NCBI GenBank assembly: GCA_965203355.1
Contig: OZ241889.1
Span: forward strand, 3,936,001-4,000,000
Origin: Candidatus Latescibacterota bacterium
GTDB lineage: Bacteria > Latescibacterota > UBA2968 > UBA8231
Direction: 5' to 3'
DNA length: 64,000 bases
Positions 56,235 through 64,000 of this stretch are shown here, piece by piece. The notes beneath the pieces were generated by a model that was not told the origin of the DNA, did not search any database, and worked only from the letters and a program-made list of their open reading frames with translations. Each line of letters begins with the position of its first letter. Position 1 is the first letter of the stretch. The position numbers were made by a program, and so were the translations under genes.

Positions 56235-56247
56235 TTAGACGGTTTTA

Positions 56248-56324
56248 GGCGGCGTAGCTCAGTTGGTTAGAGCAGTGGAATCATAATCCATAGGTCGGGG
56301 GTTCGAGTCCCTTCGCCGCTACCA
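56248..56324 (+). tRNA. tRNA-Met (CAT, elongator)
   Basis: Cloverleaf with GGCGGCG acceptor stem, anticodon CAT, CCA end; no C1:A72 mismatch, so not an initiator. Confidence 0.88.
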
Positions 56325-56363
56325 TATTTCCCACCGCCAATTTTAGCGGTTTGTTGTTTAACC

Positions 56364-56396
56364 CAAGCCCCCGGGGAGCACCTCCTCGGGGGCTTG
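56364..56396. terminator. GC-rich hairpin after tRNA-Met
   Basis: caagcccccggggag-cac-ctcctcgggggcttg. Confidence 0.6.
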
Positions 56397-56726
56397 TCAT
56401 ATCTTGCTTTTTTAGCACTTGCGCGGCCCCACACTGAAATGATCGACGAACTGGCGCAGACATACGCGCATTATGTGGCATTGCGGCGCGAACTCTCGCT
56501 GTGGGTTGAGCAGAGCATTCGCCGCGATAGGCCGGACAAAAACTAAGGCGGCGAGGACGAGGCCAATTTTGCGCTGGCCTTTTTTCGCAGTATCTGAATC
56601 AGCGGCGACTGGTCGACGAACCCAAGGTCGAGGCCCAGCACATCGGCCACTGGACTGAGGGAGTGCCCGTTTGGTGTGGCTGGATGCACGACGTCTTTTT
56701 GAGCCACTGAACAGGAGCTTGAGTCT

Positions 56727-59066
56727 ATGTTCAATAGACACCTATCACAGGGGCTTTCTGCTCTGTGTCTATCTTGCGCTACAATTCTTCAACTTTATGC
56801 TATAGGTGGGGCTGCTACTCTCACTGTAACTACATTGGATTCCCTGACACAAGAGCCAATTAATGGGGTGTTTGTGAATGTTGTAGGATCCCCGCATAAG
56901 TCAACAACAGATATTGAAGGAAAAATTCGCCTTGAACTAGCTCCAGGCCATATAGTTCTCCAGTACTCCCATATTGCCTATTCCAGTGGTACTGTACAAA
57001 CACACTTGGATTCATTAGGTTCGACTCTCCTGATCCTACTTCAAACCCATCCAGTTAAGATTCCCGAGGTGATAATAAGTACTTTGGCCAGTACACTAGA
57101 GCCAGACAAGACCGACATCTCACTGACTGAATTACGAAGATATCCTGCTCCGACCAATGACCCTTTACGATATCTGAAAGTATTGCCCGGAATCACCTCG
57201 GGTAACGACTTCAGTGAATTATACAACGTCCAAGGTGGCAACTACGATCAAAACCTTGTGTATATCAACGGAATAGAAATGGAGGCGCCTCTTCTGCTAC
57301 GACGAGGTCTAGCTCAGACCCTTTCCGTGTTGAACCCTGCAATGATTGACAGCATGACATTTCGAGCTATCTCATTTCCTGTGTCATTCGGAGATAAACT
57401 CAGTAGTGTGCTCGATGCCAACTACAAGCTGGATGAGAAGGAGAATAGAGGGGTATTGGACTTATCAGCAACAACTCAGAGCTTAACGCTCCAAGCCCAT
57501 CTAGCTCAATCTATCAATTTCATTAGCGGCATACGTTATTCCAATCTGGACCGCCATGCTCGAGGTCTGCAAGTTTCCGGCCAATTTGATCGGAGGTTTT
57601 GGGATTGGCAGACTCAGATAAGAGTCAAGTACCCCCGAATCGGCCAACTAACACTCTATATGGCGACTATCAGAAGCGTCTTTGGCATGAGGCCAGAGGA
57701 AATTTTACTTCGCTACAACTGCCATGCTTTTCGGCACAAGAAAATATGCGATGAGTACCACGGTTTCGCGCGCGGGCATGAAAACTTCACTTACGAGGAT
57801 AATCTCCTGGGAATGTCCGTGGAGCGAATAGCAAGACATGGGAGAATCAAAGCATATACCAATATAGTACACAAGAGAGAAGACGAAGATACCAACTTGC
57901 AGTACGAAATTGAACCTAATAGCATTCGAAGCACGGAGGCATTCGCTAACCAACTGAAACAGATAAAGATCGAATCTGGAATAGTCGCATCAAAGAACTT
58001 AGAAGCATCACATTTCACGGTAGGAGCAGGTGTGAAATTCCTAACGATCGATGGCAATGTGAATTCTCTTGAGGAAATTACATATAGCCGTAGAAGGTTC
58101 TTCTCGCAAGACATCAAATCAGAATTGCAACGCAACTACAACGACAGTTTCTTCTATCTTCAAAGCCGACGCCAAGCTGGACGCTTATGGACCCTTTTTG
58201 GAGTTCGCATCGCTCAGTTTGGGGCAACCGGTGAGACCATTGTAATGCCACGAGTCAGCACTAATTATCGACTTTTCCCCTCTGTTTCATGGATACTTGC
58301 AGCCGGGCGGCATGCACAGCCACCTATGTACAAGGAGTTCTTACTAAGCCCTGTAAGAGATAGTCTTAAATCGCAACGATCCGACCAAATAGGCACTGGG
58401 CTTATTTACGAAATCCAAGATTCATTGTATTGGAGCATCGAGACCTTCTATAGATACCAGTGGAGAATGATCTCTTACGAAATTGACGATCTTCGAATAC
58501 ACTATTCAGGTGTGAATGACTCGAAAGGACGAGTCTTTGGTGTGAATTCGAAACTTAGAGGAAAGCTAGACAGTCTAATTGGAATTGTGAGCTATGGCTA
58601 TTTGATAGCGAGAGACAACATCATTAGAGATGGCCACAACTATCTTCCGCGAGCAAGTGATCAGCGCCATACGCTATCCGTGTATCTTGAAGATAGGATG
58701 TTCCTAGACTCTCTGAGGATACGTTGCTGGAATTACTCTCGATTTCACATTCGCGCCTTGTATGGAAGTGGCTTTCCACATACTCCAAAGATCGTAGCTA
58801 TTTCGGAAGATGGAAACTCACAATTAACTGATGGACCACGCCATAGCGTGAGAGATAGACCGTACTTTAGGTTTGACGTCGGGATGACTCAATCGATCAG
58901 CTTATGGGGAAAGACGCTTCATCTCCGTGAAGAAATAGCAAATGTGTTTGATCAATATAATGTCTTAGGCTATTCTTATCTCCCATCATCAAGTGGAGAA
59001 CCAATTGAGCTCCGTAGGTCGCTGGGGCGTCGGGTTTACAACATTTCGGTGTCCGTAGAACTTTAA
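56727..59066 (+). CDS. TonB-dependent receptor-like outer membrane protein with N-terminal carboxypeptidase-regulatory-like domain
   Basis: DSLTQEPINGVFV, plug LKVLPGI..YNVQGGNYDQNLVYINGIE, FGDKLSSVLD, DQRHTL and NVFD; AT-richer than the host. Confidence 0.85.
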   Translation: MFNRHLSQGLSALCLSCATILQLYAIGGAATLTVTTLDSLTQEPINGVFVNVVGSPHKSTTDIEGKIRLELAPGHIVLQYSHIAYSSGTVQTHLDSLGSTLLILLQTHPVKIPEVIISTLASTLEPDKTDISLTELRRYPAPTNDPLRYLKVLPGITSGNDFSELYNVQGGNYDQNLVYINGIEMEAPLLLRRGLAQTLSVLNPAMIDSMTFRAISFPVSFGDKLSSVLDANYKLDEKENRGVLDLSATTQSLTLQAHLAQSINFISGIRYSNLDRHARGLQVSGQFDRRFWDWQTQIRVKYPRIGQLTLYMATIRSVFGMRPEEILLRYNCHAFRHKKICDEYHGFARGHENFTYEDNLLGMSVERIARHGRIKAYTNIVHKREDEDTNLQYEIEPNSIRSTEAFANQLKQIKIESGIVASKNLEASHFTVGAGVKFLTIDGNVNSLEEITYSRRRFFSQDIKSELQRNYNDSFFYLQSRRQAGRLWTLFGVRIAQFGATGETIVMPRVSTNYRLFPSVSWILAAGRHAQPPMYKEFLLSPVRDSLKSQRSDQIGTGLIYEIQDSLYWSIETFYRYQWRMISYEIDDLRIHYSGVNDSKGRVFGVNSKLRGKLDSLIGIVSYGYLIARDNIIRDGHNYLPRASDQRHTLSVYLEDRMFLDSLRIRCWNYSRFHIRALYGSGFPHTPKIVAISEDGNSQLTDGPRHSVRDRPYFRFDVGMTQSISLWGKTLHLREEIANVFDQYNVLGYSYLPSSSGEPIELRRSLGRRVYNISVSVEL

Positions 59067-59094
59067 CTCACTTATAGTTGCCATCCATCCCTTA

Positions 59095-59238
59095 GAAGCC
59101 TTTTTAAAATTCTCGTCGGACTACTTCAACGGGTCGTCGAGAGGTTCCTGGACCGGGCGTTTTCCGCGGGCGAGACTCCAGTACTACTAGGCTTTTTGGG
59201 GGATCAAAAAACAATAAGAATAATTTTAAAAACGCTTC
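59095..59238. mobile_element. MITE-like element, copy 2 (inverted)
   Basis: gaagcctttttaa...ttaaaaacgcttc TIRs flanked by TTA/TAA; shares a 24-bp identical core with 36308-36449. Confidence 0.8.
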
Positions 59239-59372
59239 TAAAATGATGCTCGGGTTGGTAGCTGAAGAACATCAAGGCAATCTGTGATACCTCAGCGGGA
59301 TGATTGGCTTAACAGGTCGAAGGCGTCCTCAGTGCTGCGGATCTTGGCGATGAGTGGTGCGATTAACCACGT

Positions 59373-59408
59373 AAAAGGCACTTGCGATTGCGCTCGCAAG
59401 TGCCTTTT
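59373..59408. terminator. Terminator of the atp operon
   Basis: aaaaggcacttgcga-loop-tcgcaagtgcctttt. Confidence 0.8.
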
Positions 59409-59431
59409 GCTTTGCAAGTATCCCTTATCCC

Positions 59432-59827
59432 TTACTCGCGGAGGCGATTGATCGCCCGCGCCAGCGCCGCCTGCGCTCGCGCTCTATCGACCCGCTCCTC
59501 CCGCGCCCGTGCCAACTCTTCCTCGGCCCGCCGCCGTGCGGCCTCGGCCCGCTCAACGTCGATCTCCTCAATGCGTTCGGCCGTCTCGGCTAGCACCGAA
59601 ACTTGCTCGCGCCTGACTTCGACAAAACCGCCGCTGATGGCCATTTTGACCTCATTGCCATCCTCCTCGACAAAGCGCAACCGCCCTATCTGCAATCCGG
59701 TCAAAAGCGGGATGTGTCCAGCGAGGACGCCAAAACCCCCCTCGCTACCGGGTGCTTGCAGGCTGGTAACCTGCCCCGAGTAGACCACCCGCTCTGGCGT
59801 GACGACCTCTAAGGCGAAAGCGGGCAT
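59432..59827 (-). CDS. atpC: ATP synthase F1 epsilon
   Basis: LEVVTPER, GVLAGHIP, ISGGFVEV and IDVERA. Confidence 0.96.
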   Translation of the reverse strand: MPAFALEVVTPERVVYSGQVTSLQAPGSEGGFGVLAGHIPLLTGLQIGRLRFVEEDGNEVKMAISGGFVEVRREQVSVLAETAERIEEIDVERAEAARRRAEEELARAREERVDRARAQAALARAINRLRE

Positions 59828-59830
59828 CGA

Positions 59831-61255
<1,425 letters not shown>

Positions 61256-62110
61256 CTATTGAGCGACAGCCTCGGCCCCACCGATGATGTCCATCAATTC
61301 GAGGGTTATCGAGGCTTGCCGCTCCTTGTTCATTTCGCGGGTCAGATCCTCGATCATGTCTCTGGCGTTCTTGGTGGCATTGTCCATCGCCATCATCTGG
61401 GCGGCGAAAAAGCCCACATTCGACTCCAGCAGAGCGCACCAGACTTGGAAGTTGACCTGACGCGCAACCAAGGTGCCCAACAGGACCTCGGGCGATGGCT
61501 CGAATTCGTACTGGGCACTTTCACCTGCTTCCTCTTCGGGGGTGATGGGCAAGAGTTGGCGGACGGTGGGTACTTGGGAAGTAACAGAGGCGTATTCGCT
61601 ATAGCAGAGCAATATCCGGTCGGTCTGGCCAGCGGCAAAGCGACTCGTTAGATCCGCGGCTATATCTACGGCGCGGACGAATTCGAGCTGGCTGAATACA
61701 TCGGCGTGATGGCGGGAAATTGGGTAGTCGCGATGGCTGAAGAAATCCCGGCCCTTGTTCCCAATGGTGACCAGATCAAGTTGGGCATCCGCATACTCGT
61801 CCAATTCTTCCTGAACCCGGCGGCACAGGTTGGTGTTAAAGGCACCGCAAAGGCCGCGGTCGGAGGTTATGACCACCAGCACGACGCGCTGGACCGGGCG
61901 ACTCGCAAAGAGCGGCTGCTCATAGGCATTGACGCTCTGGTGCAGTGCTTTCAGTACTTGGTCCAGCCTTTGGGCGTACGGCCGGGCAGCTAAAATCGCC
62001 GCCTGAGCGCGGCGCATCTTGGCCGCTGCCACCATCTGCATGGCGTTGGTGACGCGCTGGATATTGGTGATGCTGGCGACGCGCGTCCTGAGTTCGCGAA
62101 GGGTAGCCAC
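61256..62110 (-). CDS. atpG: ATP synthase F1 gamma
   Basis: TNAMQMVAAAK, SDRGLCGAFN, AMDNATKNA and RQASITLEL. Confidence 0.98.
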   Translation of the reverse strand: MATLRELRTRVASITNIQRVTNAMQMVAAAKMRRAQAAILAARPYAQRLDQVLKALHQSVNAYEQPLFASRPVQRVVLVVITSDRGLCGAFNTNLCRRVQEELDEYADAQLDLVTIGNKGRDFFSHRDYPISRHHADVFSQLEFVRAVDIAADLTSRFAAGQTDRILLCYSEYASVTSQVPTVRQLLPITPEEEAGESAQYEFEPSPEVLLGTLVARQVNFQVWCALLESNVGFFAAQMMAMDNATKNARDMIEDLTREMNKERQASITLELMDIIGGAEAVAQ

Positions 62111-62121
62111 TGCTTAGTTCC

Positions 62122-63648
62122 CTATCCCGCAGAGGGACGGAAGCCGCTCTTGAATTCTTCGACTGCCGCGTTGAGCTTTTCCTTAGCTTCGTCGTTCAAA
62201 TCGCGACTCTCGTAGATTTCTCTCATGAGCTCGGACTGGTGTTCTCGCATGTAGACCAGCAACTCGGTCTCAAAGCGGCCTATGTCGGCCGTGGGCAGGT
62301 CGAGTACGTGGTCGATGATCGACAGCGAGACCGTCAGTTCGGCCAGCGACTGCGGGGAGTACTGATCCTGCTTGAGGATTTCCATGAGTTTCTCGCCGCG
62401 ATTGAGCAAATTGCGCGTGGCTTGGTCGAGGCCCGAAGTGCCGAATTGAGCGAACGCCTTGACTTCGTTGTAACGCGAAATATCGCCCTTGATGTTCCTG
62501 GCCACTGCTTTCATCGCCTTAGTCTGGGCATCGCTCCCCACGCGCGACACCGAAGCACCCACGTCCATGGCCGGCCTGTTGCCCGAGTAGAACAACTCGG
62601 GCTTGAGCAGGATCTGGCCATCGGTAATCGAGATGACGTTGGTGGGTATAAAAGTCGATACGTCGCCTTCGAGAATCTCGATAATCGGCAGGGCCGTCAG
62701 CGACCCGCCGCCCTTCTCATCGCTCATCTTGGCGGCGCGCTCCAATAGGCGCGAGTGCAAGTAGAACACGTCGCCCGGATAGGCTTCGCGGCCCGGGGGC
62801 CGGCGCAAGATCAGCGACATCTCGCGGTAGGCCCAAGCCTGTTTCGACAGATCGTCGTAGATGATCAGGGCGTGCTGGCCATTGTCGCGGAAGTACTCGC
62901 CCATTGAAGCACCGGCATAGGGTGCCAAAAACTGCAAAGGGGCTGGATCAGACGCCGTGGCCGAAACCACGATAGTGTATTCCATGGCACCATTGGCCTC
63001 TAGTTCGGCCACCAACTTAGCCACGGTTGAAGCCTTCTGGCCGATGGCCACGTAGATGCACTTGACGTCTTGATCGCGCTGGTTGATGATGGTATCAACG
63101 GCAATGGCCGTCTTGCCGGTCTGGCGGTCGCCGATGATTAGCTCGCGCTGGCCGCGGCCGATGGGAACGGTCGAATCGATAATTTTGATGCCCGTTTGCA
63201 GCGCTTCGCTGACCGGCTGGCGCTCAATGACACTTGGCGCTTTGCGCTCGACCGGTACGCTCTCGTCCGCTTGGATGTCGCCCTTGCCGTCAATGGGCAT
63301 GCCCAAGGGATTGACGACCCGGCCCAAGAGGGCCTCGCCCACCGGCACCTCGACGATGCGGTCGGTGCGCTTTACTTGGTCGCCTTCGTTGATCAGGGTG
63401 TCATCGCCGAAGAGCACACAGCCGACGTTGTCTTCTTCGAGGTTGAGAGCCATGCCCATGATGCCGTGCGGGAATTCCACCAATTCAGTGGCCCGCACAT
63501 TGCTCAGACCGTGGACGCGAGCCGTGCCATCGCCGACGTAGAGCACTGTGCCCGTCTCGTATATGTCTATTTCTTTTTCAAAGCCCAACAACTGTTGCTT
63601 GAGAATTTGGGAAATCTCATCGGGCTGAACCATCGTTTCGGTGGCCAT
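62122..63648 (-). CDS. atpA: ATP synthase F1 alpha
   Basis: GDRQTGKT and [26 protein letters not shown]. Confidence 0.99.
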   Translation of the reverse strand: MATETMVQPDEISQILKQQLLGFEKEIDIYETGTVLYVGDGTARVHGLSNVRATELVEFPHGIMGMALNLEEDNVGCVLFGDDTLINEGDQVKRTDRIVEVPVGEALLGRVVNPLGMPIDGKGDIQADESVPVERKAPSVIERQPVSEALQTGIKIIDSTVPIGRGQRELIIGDRQTGKTAIAVDTIINQRDQDVKCIYVAIGQKASTVAKLVAELEANGAMEYTIVVSATASDPAPLQFLAPYAGASMGEYFRDNGQHALIIYDDLSKQAWAYREMSLILRRPPGREAYPGDVFYLHSRLLERAAKMSDEKGGGSLTALPIIEILEGDVSTFIPTNVISITDGQILLKPELFYSGNRPAMDVGASVSRVGSDAQTKAMKAVARNIKGDISRYNEVKAFAQFGTSGLDQATRNLLNRGEKLMEILKQDQYSPQSLAELTVSLSIIDHVLDLPTADIGRFETELLVYMREHQSELMREIYESRDLNDEAKEKLNAAVEEFKSGFRPSAG

Positions 63649-63663
63649 AAATCCTCCTGCTGA

Positions 63664-64000
63664 CTAACCGGCCAGACGCGCTCGTAGGCGCTCTATATAG
63701 GTGTTCACACTGCCGTCAAATACGGTGTCGCCAACGCGGACGACCACTCCGCCGCGCAAACTGGCATCAACTTGGACATCCAAGCGCACGGTGCGGCCGC
63801 TGCGGTGCTCTAAGCACTCCCGTAGACGCTGGCACTGCTCCTCATTCAACGCCACAGCCGAACGCACTTCAGCACTGATTATGCCCTCGCGCTCGGCGAC
63901 TTGGTCGAGGAAACTTTCGAGTGCTGCGCCGATGATAGAGGCCCGGCCTCTGACCGACATGAGTTGGAGAAAATTCAGGGTCAGCACCTCGACCTTACCG
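63664..64000 (-). CDS. atpH: ATP synthase F1 delta (5' part outside window)
   Basis: NFLQLM..RGR, AEVRSAVAL, VDASLRGGVVVRVGDTVFDGSV; upstream of atpA. Confidence 0.93.
   Translation of the reverse strand, partial: GKVEVLTLNFLQLMSVRGRASIIGAALESFLDQVAEREGIISAEVRSAVALNEEQCQRLRECLEHRSGRTVRLDVQVDASLRGGVVVRVGDTVFDGSVNTYIERLRARLAG

Noticed and set aside
56325-59370. Prophage or integrative element at tRNA-Met
   Set aside because: No integrase, phage genes or attR duplication of the tRNA 3' end found

Overview
Bacterial chromosomal window, GC-rich overall with a few AT-richer inserts. Dockerin-like VDFDDFF motifs, a CRTAC1/ASPIC protein and a C-terminal W-x-x-x-K motif suggest Ca. Latescibacterota or a relative (inference). 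The housekeeping backbone comprises rpmE(B), rho, dnaG, mpl, hisC, rel, recD2, map, dnaE, secG-tpiA-pgk-pfk, comF, atpHAGDC and four tRNAs (Ile2-CAT, Val-CAC, Leu-GAG, Met-CAT). The best candidate for an undescribed system is a tightly packed operon at about 16.4-27.6 kb. It encodes two OPT-like multi-pass membrane proteins, a ~1583-aa fusion of an M28-like domain with swapped metal ligands (nicalin/nicastrin-like) to a MacB/FtsX permease, a two-repeat soluble protein, a stand-alone PqqD/RRE protein and a PAP2-like protein. It has no ATPase, RiPP enzyme or precursor peptide. Other notable items: a DUF1385 gene whose centre is replaced by a promoterless lipoprotein cassette; a 44-bp palindromic direct repeat flanking a heptad-VNTR gene next to an Hhe-like helicase-nuclease; two copies of a ~143-bp MITE; two decayed genes; a Rel lacking the ZFD and RxKD motif; and a probable PPi-dependent PFK. 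All family calls come from motif recognition by eye, not database searches.
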